64,000 nt of DNA from Eledone cirrhosa (taxonomy: Eukaryota). The notes beneath the pieces were generated by a model, which ran no database searches, had not been told where the DNA came from, and was given only the letters and a program-made list of their open reading frames with translations. The stretch spans positions 15,252,001 through 15,316,000 of the forward strand of contig OZ024757.1 of NCBI GenBank assembly GCA_964016885.1, in the 5' to 3' direction. Shown one piece after another: positions 40,951 through 56,726 of the stretch (position 1 is the first letter of the stretch; each line of letters opens with the position of its first letter). A program made the translations under genes and the position numbers.

Positions 40951-42117
40951 AGTAGCCTGCTGGTACAGTAATGCACCAGCTTCAGTGTTCAGTAATCAGA
41001 AGGGAGGTAGGTGTAGAAGCCAAACTTGCTATCTTCAATTCAGTTTTCATGTCAACCCTTACCTATGGTCATGAATCTTGGGTAATGACCAAAAGAATAT
41101 GATCGTGAATACAAGCAGCTGAAAGGAGATTCCTTCGAAGGGTTTATTCAATAAAGGGCATAACTCTGAGATCAGAGAGTCACTCCAGGTAGAGCCGCTA
41201 CCTCTCCAAATTGAGAGATCACAGCTCCGATACTATGGGCATGTCATTAGAATGTCTCAGGAAAGAATGACTGGACAGATTTTACGGGCAAAGACACCTA
41301 GGGGTAGACCCTGAGCAAGATGGTTGGATAACATCCATGAGGTTGGCTTTTTAAAAGAATGAAAGGCAAAGCTGGTATGGCAGGTTTTGAACTCAGAGTG
41401 CAGAGAGCTGGAACAGATACAGACACACTAATGACTCAGCCAGTCACATTTTATAGAGCTAATATGGGATTAAAAATGTAGCGAGAGCTGAACTAAAAAT
41501 TCCTTCATTGTTTAACAATGATCACAATGAGAAAAAATGTACAACTTTTTTGTGAAAATTGCCAAGGAAAAGCAAAAATTATATAAAGAATATATTTCAC
41601 CACTTAATATAATGAATAAGGGATAAATCAATATATAAAAATAAATGGAGTGAATAGGTCAGGTTTAGTGAGAAAATATCATAACACATGCAAACATGGA
41701 AAAATGGAGGCAGGATGTTATTGATAAATGTTTATGACGGTTACATAAATAAAGAGAAATATATATATATATATAATAACACACACACACATACATATAT
41801 ATATATAGATACATATATATTAATATATATTATATATATTACATATACATATACATACATTTCATCATCATTATCACTGTTTTATGTCCATTTTTCCATG
41901 CTAGCATAGGTTACATGAGTTGTCCTGTTGTGGGCAATGCTAGGTCAGGTGACCATGTCTTGCTCATACAGAACTGATGTTGGCTTGAATTCTACAGCTG
42001 GATGCCCTTCCTAGCACCAACCTCATTTACAGTGAGTACTGGATGCTTTTTGTTGTGACGCCTACACAACCACTTTGCAGTGTGGGCTGGGTGCTTTATA
42101 TATACACATATATATAT

Positions 42118-42187
<70 letters not shown>

Positions 42188-42191
<4 letters not shown>

Positions 42192-42665
42192 GCTTTAGCA
42201 AAATCAATGTATATGCAGTCGGTGTCCATTTCTCTCAGGAGATTGTTAATGATAGTGTTGGGTCTGAAAACCATGGTACGTATCATCTATGAGGTTGTTC
42301 TTCACAAGTGAGGTAATTATTCTTTTTGCAGACAATACATTCTACAATTTTAGATGTGTGAGATGTGAGAGAAACAGGTTTTGTTAGTTAAGTTCTGTTA
42401 TGCATTAGTATCTGTCTATCACATGGAATCAAATTCCCATCATCATCAGGAAGAAATTGGCTGTGTTCTGAGGTAATGACTTCTGGAATTTTGAAGTTCA
42501 GCCCTGCTCCCTCCTTGGGTATAATTGTTACTATTGTTTCTCTCAGGAGTTTGGGAATATTCTGGTTTCTATTGACCTTTTGAATATCTTTTTTAATACC
42601 TTAACAAGGCTGCTTTTAACAGGATAGCTGGGAGACCATCTGGTCTTGGTACTGAGTTTGAATCT
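42188..42665 (-). mobile_element. Decayed LINE RT fragment, truncated at (TA)n
   Basis: PVSLTSH..KI.E and DCIYIDFAKAF RT motifs. Confidence 0.65.
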
Positions 42666-44099
42666 AATGTCTGTCTTGACCCCGGAAGCTCATCAGGCCA
42701 GTGCTTATCTTGGTTTCTGTGGTGTTAAATGTCTGAGAGTACAAGTCTGCCCTGGACAAGACGCAAGTCCACTGCAGGGTTAAACCCCCTGCCACTGCCG
42801 GTACTCATTTTCAGCTGAGTATACTGGATCAATGAGAAATGAAGTGTTTTGCTCAAGAACATAACACACAATTCAGTGTGTTATGTTCAAAGTCCAACAC
42901 CCTACCACTAGGCCACATGCCTCCACACTGCTGAATCCAAACTATTGACAGCTGCACAGACAATAATTTTGTATGATATCTTTAATTTCTAGGAATCTCT
43001 TTGCAGTTGAATTCTGGGGATCAAAGAATTTGTTTGGATTATGCCAGTATGACAAGGCACATATATTCTAGCCACTAGGAGAAGCAAAAATGAATGCTTC
43101 ACCTTCGAAACAGGGATGACTCAAGAAGTTGTTAATAAGAAGTTGGGCTGAAAAGTTCATAAGCTGACCTTAAAGAAGTGATGCTAGAGCTACGAAATGT
43201 TACATGCATTAATTTCAACTCTTCTTATTAATAACTGCATTGTTTCTTTCCAGAGACAATGTTGAAATATAAACCTCCTTTGGTTATTCCATGAGATTAT
43301 CTTGGTCAGCCTATGAACATTTCCACTGTCCCTCATATATGGGAATGTTTGGTCCACCAGAGGACCAATCTGGCTATGAGTAGATGATAAAAAACCTAGG
43401 GTTAGACTCTATAGTCTCCACTGCTCAGTGGTCTTTTAGTGAAATTTCTTTTTCATAAGATTGTTTTAGGTTCAGCTCAATGTTCTTTATTTTCTTATTT
43501 TTTTTGTTTGGTATTTCTAGTTGTTTAGTCAGTTTCGTTGTTACACATCAGTATCTGTATATGACTTGGAATCAAATTCCTGTTGTTGTTAGGAAGAAAT
43601 TGGGTGTGTTAAGTAGAATGAGTTCTGCTGCCAGGTTTTAAAATTCCCATGAATAAGTATGTTTAAAAGAAAGAAGCCAATCATCAGTTTGAATAAAGGA
43701 AACCCTGTGTCCATTGTGGTTTGATGGCTCTCAAACTCTGATGAAACCTACGGCTGTTAATTTTTAATAATTTGTGTTCTCTGTTTTTCCGGGGACTGTT
43801 ATGTGTAGTACATATATATTATCCTACACATACACAAACACAAACAAAAATACACACACACACACAAACACACATAAACAAAAACACACAAATACACACA
43901 CAAACACACACACAAATGCACACACAACACACAGCTGGAGATTAATTTATGATACACATTGCAATGTTTTTATTGCTACACAAACTATGATTCACAGATT
44001 ATGATAGGATAAACCAGAATTGCTCTAGAAGTGAGGTCTCTCAGTGATATAAAGGCACACCATTATGCTTTTGAGCATGAATGATTATATCTGTTGATT

Positions 44100-44630
44100 G
44101 TAAAGCCTGCAGCATCTGATACTTCTGGTGTGAGAAGTGGCTCTGTTAATACAAAACACTAGGAAAACCATTGATACATGGTTTAATCCACCATACAAAT
44201 GTGGTGTAAAAATCAATGTTGTAAACATTTTCACTCGCAGGAAGCATTTCCAGAACAGGCATAAATTCTGCCAGTTGTTTAACAAAAACAGCATTAAGAT
44301 GAGTTACAGCTGGCTGCATGAAAAATCGTCTAGTGCCTTTGAGAGCTACAGTAAAGAAATATTGATAATAAACATAGCAGAAAAGGAGCTAACATACAAT
44401 TACCAACATATAGAATTTTTTCTCATAAAAAGGAAATGTTGACATCTCTCCTACCAACACATTAACAAGCTACATAGGGCTTCCAGAGCATTTTAACAAA
44501 ATTTGACTATATCAGACCAACAACTCATTCTGTTATTATTGCCACTACAGTACTTTCAAAGTATATTTGGAAATTGAGAGACAAATGAGAAACTACCAGC
44601 ATCTGAGGGGAAGTGTTAGATGTAGCACAG
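44100..44630 (+). mobile_element. Decayed Penelope-like element (PLE) coding fragment
   Basis: RKTIDTWFNPPY...KHF...LFNKNSIKMSYS resembles the WFNPPY...KHFP...IFNRNTVKVSYS segment between RT and GIY-YIG in PLEs. Confidence 0.7.
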
Positions 44631-47600
44631 GTATGTATGTATGTATGTATGTATGTATGTATGTATGTATGTATGTATGTATGTATGTATGTATGTATGG
44701 TCTGGTTTTATAATTTTATACATTTTTACCAATAGAGAGAGAGAGTCGATTCCTAACATAGACAAGACTCTTTCATTAGAATTTAAAGGACATCAACTCG
44801 GTAGATATGTATGCATGTTTGCATGCATGTATGTGCAGGTATGGATGTTATTGTGTGTGTGGATGTTTTGAGTTATGTGTGTGCATGTGCATATGCTTTG
44901 TATCTGCACATGTGTACATGCAGTTATTAGATGCAGAATGTTCTATTAATGGATTGTACTTGTAATTTCCTAATTAGTCGTGTTCTTTATGTATGTATGC
45001 CTGTCTGTCTCTCTGTATGTATGTATGTAGACCTGGCAAAGGGTGGAAGGACTCAGCAGAGTCAACAGCCATCCAAATAGTACTTTTTTTTTTTCACCTG
45101 GGAGTGAACAACATCTTTCAAGGAGAAGGAAACTCTGAAAAAAAAACCCTGCGGTTTCAGAAGCATCCAATGATGTTGACCAGTTATCCTTTTTGGGTAG
45201 TGTTTTCGAGGCTCAGAGAGTGGGATTGATTGAGTGCAAGGCCTTTCCCCTTTTAAAAACACCTTCAAAGCACAGGCATTGCTTGTTCAGGACATGTTGC
45301 AGGTTCGTGTGGCTGGTCATAGCCTAAAAGTGCACCAAACTCTATAATCTGACAAGCGATTGCAATACTCTTAGCAGAGTTTATAGGCATCATGTATGTA
45401 TGTATTAATAAATGTATTAATTATAAATGAAACAAAAGAAGCAAAACCACTCAATGTGACACAGTATGTGACAAAGCTTCTGTCCAACCAGTCTCCAAAC
45501 AGTTTCTGTCTACCCAATTTCACTCACAAGACTTGGGTTGATCCAAGGCTATTGTATCAACACTTTCTCAAGATGTCACAAAGTGAGGATGGAACCTGGG
45601 TCCTTGTAATTGTAAACTGAATTTGTTAACCACTCAGCCACATCTCTGCTCTAATGTGAAGCTATATGTATATATACGTGGGTATATGTATTTAATTATA
45701 TGTATGTAAAATGTTACAGACATATGTGTGTATGTATTTTTATTAAGTGTGTGTAAAATCTTACATACATATATGTGTGTATGTGTATTTGATTATGTGT
45801 GTAAAATATTAAACATGTGTATATATATATGTGGCTATATGTATATAAAATGTTACACACATATATGGGTACATGTATTGTATTGTGGTGTCTAATATGT
45901 TACACATGTATTTGTATACATGGGTACATATATTTTATTATATGTGTAAAATCTTACTAAAAATTTGGCAAGTTGATAGCCAACCCTCTAAAATGTATGA
46001 CTGAAATTGATGAAGACAAAGACAAACCAAATGAAAATATATTTGAATACTAGGTAATACAACAACCCCAAGAGGGGGGTGTCTGGAGACTTTGCCCTGC
46101 AAACCTCCCAGGAATAAGTGGGTAAGTGTGTGAAGAAGAGAAATAAATAGTAAATATAAAGTAAAGTTAACAGTTTTTGTGTGCTTTTGAATAGCTAAAA
46201 TAATTCAGATAATGTCATTGTTTTAGTCTCAACACAATTTCAGATCAAGTCACTTGCCATGTAAATACAACTTCAAAATTTTGACTTGTGTAAGAATTTT
46301 GCAGTTCATAACAATTTTGATAAATAAGGAGTGTTATAATTTGCTAGTATTGTGTAACATGTAGAAAATAGTGTGTTTTATTTAAAGGCTACAACAATAG
46401 AGATAAGACATTAAATGTTTAAATTAATGATAACAAAGATGTTGGAATATTGCTTTGGAGTTGTTAGTATAAACCACCACTTCCAGATTTAGAAATATGG
46501 CTGCCATAAGAACAACACAAGATATCCTGCTCTGAAGAATTAGCCTTCTCAATTCTTCTTTTGATGAAGGGATTTTATCCTGAAATATTAAGGACAATTA
46601 AACAACTCCAAAGTAACATTCCAACACCATTGATATCATTATTTAATGTTTCATTTGCATTGCTGAAACCTTTTAATAAAACACATCAATTTCTAAATTT
46701 TGATAAAATATTTCTTTGTAAGGTAATAGAACAAAACAAAACAAAAAACAAAATCAAACAACAAAAAATATATGCAAAACCAGAAAACCCCCCCAAAGGT
46801 TGCATTATCTGACAAATACACAAGAATCTGTACACAGTATATTATATGTAACCCGATGGATTTAATTCTAGATTTGAAGACAAAAGCAAAAAAAAAAAAA
46901 AAAAAAATAATAATAATGAGATCAGAATAAAAAAAAAAAAATCTGTTTCTACTGGTCTTTCCACTACTGATACTATCTGCCAGTCACAGCTGGCAGAAGG
47001 AGGTGGGATTTGAACTCGGAATGTACAGAGCCAGGTCTGGTAACTACAAATCCTCTCATCTGACTCCTAAACAATTCTTCTGTCAATGAACCACCCTGCA
47101 TTGTTTGGTACTTTATTTATTGAGCCCCTCCCAACCCACCATAAAAAAGAATGAAAGGCAAAGTTGACCCTGGCAGGATTTGAACTCAGAACACACAAAC
47201 CTGCAACAAATACCAACACTCAAACAACTCTTCAAATTCGCCATGATGAAGAAAAAAAAAATTTTATGTTTTGTAAATGTAATTTTTACATTCTTTGAAT
47301 GGTTTTCAGTTCCTAAGTAAATCTCATATCACAACACTTGGAGTGTATCATCATCATTTCATCATTTCATTTTACGTCCACTTTTCCCTGCTTGCAAGGG
47401 TGGGACGGGAACTGATTCTGGCTTGATTTCTACAGCTGGATGCCCTTCCTAACACCAACCTCATTTACAGTGAGTGCTGGGTGCTTTTTTTGCCGTGGCA
47501 CCTACACGACCACTTTGCAGTGGAATGATAGAGACCCCAGTCCCTATCATCTCATTTCTACAGCTGAGTAAACTGGAGCAATGTGAAATAAAGTGTCTTG

Positions 47601-49857
47601 CTCAAGGAAACAACACACCACCTGGTCTGAGAATTGAACTCACAACCTTTCGATTGCAAGGCCAATGCTCTAACCACTAAGCCATGTGCCTCCATATATA
47701 TATATATATATGTGTGTATACACACATGCACACACACAAATATATATATATTACACACACATGCACATACACAAATATATATATATTACACACACATGCA
47801 CACACAAATATATATATATTACACACAAACACACATATGAGGGTCGGCTGAAAAGTCCATAGGTTGACTATGAAGGAGTGATACTAGAGCTGTGAAATCT
47901 TGCATGTATTAATTTCAACTCTTATTAATAACTGCAGTGTTTCTTTCCAGGGACTATGTTGAAAAATAAACCTCATTTGGTCATTCCATGAGAATATCTT
48001 GGTCAGCCTATGAATTTTTCAATCAATCCTCATACATACACGTGTGCGCGCACACACACATATTTAGTTGATCATATTAACCCCAGTACTTAATTTTTCA
48101 AGTCTGGTACCTATTTTATCGACCTCATTTTGTCAAAACACAAGCCTACACAGACAAAGTCAGTACTGAAGCAGGGCTTCTGATCTCCCAGACAGGCCAC
48201 AGATCTGTGTTTCAGTTTTATATGGTCTCACACACAAGCCAGGGGTTAATTTGAGGCTATAGTGCAGAGATTCTCAAAATGGGAAGCGGGGAGGGGGGGA
48301 TTGAGAAGGTCCAGGGGGCACTTGGGCCTAAGGGGGCAGTGGGAGGTGGTAGAGATGATATAATAGCATATTAAATATCAAATGATATATATATATATAT
48401 ATATATAGTAAAATAAAAAAATATATAATATTTATTTATATATAGTATATATTAAATTATTTATTACATGTTACTTACAATTTGCGTGTAGGCAAGTATT
48501 CTGGAAATAAGGTTGGGGTTTACAGAGGGTATTATGTGGCCATGAGAGGGGGGTGGTGGCCCCAAAAGTTTGAAAACCTCTGCTATAGTAGATGAAACTT
48601 GCAGAAAGTGTTGTACAGTGGGAATGAAACAAAACCCAAGTAAAGAGAACTCCTTAAGAATACAATAACCAGACAATATCATTGTGGTATGGTATGGTCT
48701 TGTAACTCCTGATAGAGTCATAGGGGCACTGTATTGACATACAGCATTTCCAGGGCATTTTTAAGCCTGGCAGAGCCCATCCCTCTCCAGGCCTGAGTAC
48801 AGCAGATTTCTCCCAGAGAAAAAAATAGAAAGTGAGCGAGAGAGAGAGAGAGGAAATGAGCAAGAGATATAGAGGAAGAATTGACCCCAGTACTAGACTG
48901 GTACTTTTTTTATCGACCTTGAAAGGATGAAAGGCAAAGTTGACCTCAGTGGGATTTAAACTCCAAGAGTAGAGAGGCATAAAGCATTCTAACTGATGTT
49001 CTAATGTCTTTGCCAATTCACCACCATATGGCAATATCAGACCAAACCTTCATTCTCTAATTCTTCTATTTTTATCTCAGTGCGTGTGTTTTCTTTTCTT
49101 TGTGTAAATTATTGTTGCATTTTGATGTTTCCAAACATAAAATCATCCCCACCATCACACCCTCTTCCTCCAGTTGCACACACACACACACACACACACA
49201 CACGTACATACACACATATATACAAATACACACACATACATATACAGATACACACACATACACACATTATTCACACACACACATGCACCTCACACACACA
49301 CACGTATATACACACATATATACAAATACACACACATACATATACAGATACACACACATACACACATTATTCACACACACACATGCACCACACACACACA
49401 TATAGATAGACACACATACACTCACAAATATACAGAAATACATAAATTTCTCAAATTATCAGCAGAAATATGGATTTGGTTTTTAATGTTGAAAATCATC
49501 AAAACCCAGTGGGTTTTTTTTAATATCAGATAATCAATAAGTATGATATAATATATGTGTGTGCATATATATATATATGTATATGTGTATGTATATTATA
49601 TATATATATATATTATATATATGTATATATTATATATATATATGTATATTATATATATATATGTATATTATATATATATATGTATATACATATATATATT
49701 TATATACATATATATATAATTATATACATACACATATATATTTATATACATACACATATCTATATACATACATATATATCTATATACATACATATATATC
49801 TATATATATCTATATACATACACATATATATTTATATACATACACATATATTTATAT

Positions 49858-49888
<31 letters not shown>

Positions 49889-52800
49889 CATATATGTATG
49901 TATGTAGACATACATATATATATCATTAAAAATGTTACAGTATATAGTTAAAAAAATAAAAGGGTGCAAATTGTTGAAAGCAGTAATAGATTAAAATAAT
50001 ATTCAGTTCATTGTGAAAATATATTCTGGATGGTTTTGTGTATTTTGAACTAAATCTTAAGTGATTATAAAAATATTAGTTTTACAATCAAAGAGACTTT
50101 GTTGATATTGATCTGTATGGTTGCCATGTGAACTAACTCCTTTACTCTTTACATCAACCAAAGTTATTGACATCAACAAATTCTCTTGGATATTGTTCAT
50201 ATTTCAATTCTTGCTGACACAAACCCTCACCGTTTCCTTAGCCTCTGAAATATATCCTTATAAATAATGGTGAATATCGTTTCTAGGCAAATTGAAGAAA
50301 AATACGAAATACTAATGTTTGGGGAAGGGGAGAAAATATAATAATTTTGTTTACAAAATTATCAAAATACTGATTGCATAATTTAAAATTTAAATACATA
50401 ATATTCTTAAAACATAAAAATTATTTAAATGTATGATATAAAATGATGTTATTTTGCTTATATAACTATATTTGAAATGGTCTATCATATAGGTTTAAAT
50501 GGATAAATCAGTATGTATGTATGGAGTGTGTGTATACACATAGTATGTATATGTATGCACTCATATACATACACACACAAACATATACAAGAAATAGAGT
50601 TAAAGAGAGACAGGTATGTAGATACATACAGGTATATATATACAAACACACATATGCACACAAATTGTTGTAAGTGATAATATATATGAATGCTATCATT
50701 TGTAATTCATATGAAACACATATATAATTGTATATAAACATTGAATTGAATATACAAAATAATATATACAATAAAAACAAATTTTCTGGCAATTTGCAAT
50801 TACCAAAGAAAAGATTTTAATTGGTTATTTGTTGAAATTTGAAATCAAAATGTATTGAGGACAAAAAAAATAAACATTTAAACATGAAAATGTGAAGCTC
50901 AAGTTGAACAAGCAATGAAGGTGTTTGTTTATATTAACTGAACATTTATATTATCAAGAAGAATATAAAAATATATTATTTAAGTGACTAAAATTGATTA
51001 GAAATAAAAACTGCTATGTTGCCTTCTATCTAGCTAGTGTCACTCATTGAAATGGTTTTAGCAACAGATTTCAACAAGAAAAGCAAGGTGATAATTAAAA
51101 CAAAATAATACTTTAAAAACTTAAAAAAAACAAAAACAAATTAAAACAAAAACATTTTTAATTGATATGCTAATAACATAACAAAAATTGAATGAATGTG
51201 GTGGTGTGTAACTGTGAACTGATGTGCAGCGGCCTTGACAATTTAGCAACGAACTGCCTGCAAGCAGTTACAGGCAAACAAAATTTTCACAGAAGATAAC
51301 TATTACAGATGCATAGAAAAACTTATGCTTAATCTATAACAGTGAGGACTCAGTGGGGGGTAAAAAACATGCGCTTATTAATAATTAAAGAACAAAATAG
51401 ATTTTAATATATATATGTAAATAATATAAAAATGTAAAGTAATAAAGAGAGATAGAGAGAAAGAGAGTGAGAGCATACCAGATGCAATTAATCTCGGATT
51501 ATTAGATACTTTTACTAAATCTATTATTGCATAAATCAATGTGAAAGTGTTATACTGTGAAAATTAACCCTTTCGTTACCATATATGGGTGGGGTCTTAT
51601 GAAAGATACTGCCTATGGTTTTCAAATAATTTTGAAATTAATTATGATTTTGAAAGGATTTTCATTCTCAAGCTGGTGTTTGGAACATAACTTAACAAAG
51701 GTTAAATATAAACACTTTAATCATTTCATTACCATATTTCTCATGAAAGACACTGCCTATGGTTTTCAAACAATTTTGAAAATAATCAAGAATTTTGAGA
51801 GATTTAGTAAAATAACTTTCCCATTATTAATTTGGTGTTTGGAACATAACTTAAAGGTTCTTACAAAAAATTATAATGGAAGTTTTTTAAAAATAAATAT
51901 AAACATGTTAATCCTTTTGCAACCATATTTCTAATGAAATACACAATTTAAGCTGGTGTTTGGAACATAAAGTCGTTAACATAAAATTATGATGGAAGGT
52001 TTTTTAGATAAATATTACCTTGAAACTAAGTTTTGTATGACAGAACTGGAGGGTAATTTCTGGCAGTTTGGCATCAAAAAGGTTAACATTAAATTAGGGC
52101 AGTGAATTGGCTGTATCGGTAGAGGGTCGGACACCATGCTTTGCAGCAAAGAGTTACGGCCCTTTATGGTCTGAGTTCAAATCCCGCCGAGGTTAACTTT
52201 GCCTTTCATCCTTACAGGGTGGATAAAATAAAGCACCAGTAATACACTGGGATAATTGCTGGCCTTGTGCCAAAAGTAGAAAAAATTAAATTAAGTTCAT
52301 TTGATGAATCATCGAAGCATTTGGCAGATTTTATATTTGTAAGTATGAGAATCCCAGATACAGACAATAATTATTATAACATTCAATCGCTATAAATAAC
52401 AGCTTAGAAAATTGGGTAAAATACCTCTAGAGTCAGGAGGTCACTTTTCTCTGTCTCTAGGAGTATTTTACTCAATTTTATAAGTTATTATTTATAGCAA
52501 TCGACTGTTACAGTTATTATTTGGGATTCCGACATTTTCAAATTTAAGTTAATTTTAATGTTTGTAAAGAAGTGTAGCTACTGACATATGTTATTGTTTT
52601 AAAAATTTATGTGACAGTATTTCAAATAATATACACTCTATTTTAATTAATTAAGACTTTTAAGGGATTTACTAGATAAAATTATTGAGCACTTTAAAAC
52701 GGGCATTTTCTTCATAGAATCAAAGGTGGTTTTGACTTTGGTTGGTATTTAAAGGGTTAATGAAAAACTTTAATAAGATAGTGACTTATATAAAATCTAA

Positions 52801-54984
52801 ATAGGAACCATATAAGATGTGTGGCTTTATTTCATAGAACCAGAGCTAGCTTTGGCCTTGGTCGATATTAATAGAATTAATGATGAATTTTGAGGAATTT
52901 ACTAAAATTATTAACTATTTCATTACTAAGACAGTGACTTAACATATGGTTCTGATATAAAATCTAATTTAAATAGAAACCCTTTAAATTGTTTCATAGA
53001 GCCAGGGCTAGTTTTGATTGGGTTGGTATCAAAAGGGTTAAACTAATCACAAAGATCATGGATTCTCAAAAAAATTAAATAAATGCATTCATGTAGTGAT
53101 TCTATTTTTACCACTATCCAATAAACTCAATAAGAAGAGAAGAAATGTGTGCATGCATGATTGTTTCTACATGCATTTTCATATTGATACTCTTTAATTA
53201 TGTGGTGACATCTGTTTATGTACTGCATAAACAATATATCTCAAGGCTTAGTGGATCTAATTTTGGCACAAGGCCAGCAAATTTTTGGGGAAGGAGGAAG
53301 TCAATTATATCGACCCTGTATTTGACTGGTACTGTACTTTATCAACCCCAGAAGGAGAAAAGGCAAAGTTGATCTCAGTGGAATTTGAACTCATATTTCA
53401 AAATAGTGAAAGCAGGGTTGGCATCAGGAAAAAAGAAAAGTGGTAAAGTGGCAGTGTTATTAAAATATCAGATAGAGTGTTCTGTGTTCAAATCTGCCAA
53501 GATCAACTTTGCCCTTCATCCTTGATGAAATCAACTTGCCATTGCAGCTGATAAATAAATAACCAGTTCACAATATCTCCCTGGAAGAAATCGGCTGTGT
53601 ACCGACAAGGAGAGGGATGGGCTCTGTCAGGTTTAAATAGCCAATGCAAGCCATATATCACAACCATGCCTGAATGACTTGAGCCCATAAATGGATGGCA
53701 TCAAGAAGGGCATACAACTGAAGAAAACTACCTCAAAAAGTCTTGTCTGGCTTATGTCAGCATGGAAAGATGGGCATGAAAAAGATGATGATGTTGATAA
53801 TGACTGTTCAGAGGTAAATCTTGATAATGTAAGTAAAAAGCATTTTATAATGGAATGCTTTTGTTTGCAAGTCTACCTTATAGGGAGAGCTCTCTTCAGT
53901 CATGTACATTACATATATATATATATATGCATATATATATAATATATATTTGTGTATAGACCCTCTTGGGTCTTGAATGACCATGGGTTTTGCATCTAGA
54001 AAGTTTCACTTCTGAGGCACAAGTCCAGGCAAGGTAGTTTGTGGAAGGCCAGCAGTTACCCATGCATACCAGTCAGTCTCCCTTCTCCAAACCACCGATG
54101 TTGTCCAAGGGAAAGACAATGACTGATAAAGCTTGGCACCGGTGACATCAAAACTCATTTCTACAGCTGAGTAGACTGGAGCAACATGAAACAAAGTGCC
54201 TTGCTCAAAAACACAACGCATTGCTCGGTCCTGGAATCAAACTCACAGACCTCAGGATTGTCAATCCCATGCTCTAGCCACTAAGCCATGCATCTACTTT
54301 ATATAACAAAACTTTTTAGGGACATCTAATTAAAAAAAATAATTAATTTAGATTATATCTGCTTTGGTATCCTAGATATATTGGTTTCTAATTTTGGCAC
54401 AGGGCCAAAAGAATGTAGGGTAAATATAGGTAAAGTTGATTAAAACAACCCTACTACTCCACTGGTAAATTATTTTATCAACCTCGATAAGAAAAAAGAC
54501 AAAGTTGACCACGGAGGCATTTGATCTCAGAATGCTTTGTGACAATTTGTTCTAGCTTTTTATGTTCTGAGTTCAAATCCTGCTTAGGTCAATATTGCCT
54601 CTCATCTTTCTGGGGTTGATAAAATAAAGTACACGTTAATCACTGGGGTCTATATAAACAATTTCCCCATCCTCGAAATAGTTAGCCTGTGCCTAAATAA
54701 ACAGAAACCATTATTTTTATTTTTGGCTGTATTGGTAGAGTCTCAGACACCATGTTTCACAGTATTTAGTTACATCCACAATGGCATTTTAACCAATGCT
54801 CAACCAATTCTGCCTAATTGTCCTCACCAAACCTAACACATCCTAGATATATTGCCTAGGATTCTAATTTTAGAACTGGTATGCTCTATAATAATAACAC
54901 TCTGAATAATAACAATTGAAGATGTGCAATATTGGTGAAAGTAAAGTTTTGTTTTTGCACACATTCATGCTAAGAATTACTGAC

Positions 54985-54999
54985 CTCATCCTTCTTCTC
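54985..54999 (-). CDS. Candidate 15-nt Cav2 microexon EKKDE
   Basis: Strong acceptor ataccttttttgcag, donor GAG|gtcagt, phase 0-0, purine-rich, GCATG just downstream. Confidence 0.55.
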
Positions 55000-55151
55000 C
55001 TGCAAAAAAGGTATAATTTACTTTTACAGGCATGTCTTAACTGACCAACCAAATAGATTAGCAGAACCACTACTGAGATACACTAACACAAATAACAAAT
55101 GACACCAGCATGAAAATCAGAAAACATGAAAGTCAGAAAACAAACACACAC

Positions 55152-55243
<92 letters not shown>

Positions 55244-55312
55244 TTGTGTGTGTGTGTTTGTTTTCTGACTTTCAACATTTTCATTTTTTTAACTTCCAAA
55301 ACAGTGTTGGTG

Positions 55313-55354
<42 letters not shown>

Positions 55355-55382
55355 AAGTATATATATATATATATATGTTTAA

Positions 55383-55437
<55 letters not shown>

Positions 55438-55589
55438 CATATATATACTTATACATATATATATATACTTATACATATATAAATATTTATACATATATAT
55501 ATATATATACTTATACATGTATATATATAATATATATATATATAAATACATATATATATATATATACTTATACATATATAAATACTTAT

Positions 55590-55620
<31 letters not shown>

Positions 55621-55818
55621 CTTATACATGTATATATATATATATATGAATACATATATATATATACTTATACATATATGAATACTTATACATATATATA
55701 TCATCATCATCATTATCATCATCGTTTAACGTCCATTTTCCATGCTAGCATGGGTATACTTATACATGTATATATATAATATATATATATATGAATACAT
55801 ATATATATACTTATACAT

Positions 55819-55882
<64 letters not shown>

Positions 55883-56616
55883 CTTTTACATATTTATATA
55901 TATATATATTTATATATATATATATTTACATATATAGATACATATAAATATATATATTCACACACACACATATATATATATATACATACACACACAGACT
56001 CACACACACATATATATATATTTGTGTATGTATGCGTATGCATATGTGTGTGTGTGTATAAAACATGACAATGTTGAACATTAACAGAAATATCCAGAAA
56101 AGAAAAAATGTGTTAAAATAATTTTTAGAAACAAAATTTTATATAATTCTGAAATGAAGAATATGAAATTGAAAGAAATAATTTATTGTTATCCTAATGT
56201 GACATCAAAACATATTCCATAAGATTGGTCATAAAATAATATGTATCATACAAATATCACCCAATCATAAAAAATATGTTTCATCATAAAGATATCACCC
56301 AATCATAAAAAAAAATGATGTATCATAAAAATATGATAAATCATAAAAAAATATGATGAATCATTAAAAATATGACGTATCATAAAACATATGACAAATC
56401 ATAAAAATATGACGAATCATTAGATTATGGCCAATTATAAAATTATTACTCAATCATAAACGTATGATGAATATTAACAAAAAAAATGACGAATCATAAA
56501 CAAATATGACCAATCTTATAGGATGTGTTTTGCTATGATATTTACTATCTTTGAAATTTGAAAAAAAATAAAATAAAAGCAACTTTAGGAACATATATGT
56601 AACTTTTCTCACTTAC

Positions 56617-56726
56617 CATTTTTAAACTATTATTCTGATTCTGACTAGCTTTGTAAGCCCGCCAATTTTCGGCAACTAAAAGTCCGGTGTAGATTTTTCC
56701 AACTGTTAATTTTCTATCGTTTAATT
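56617..56726 (-). CDS. Cav2: Cav2 exon, IQ (calmodulin-binding) domain: (E)LNDRKLTVGKIYTGLLVAENWRAYKASQNQNNSLKM
   Basis: Acceptor tttcttttccag, donor gtaagt, 110 nt, phase 1->0. TVGKIY.GLL..ENW is the invertebrate Cav2 IQ-like motif. Not in the ORF track. Confidence 0.95.

Noticed and set aside
52350-52530. Degenerate inverted repeat
   Set aside because: No ribozyme core. Looks like an ordinary old MITE.
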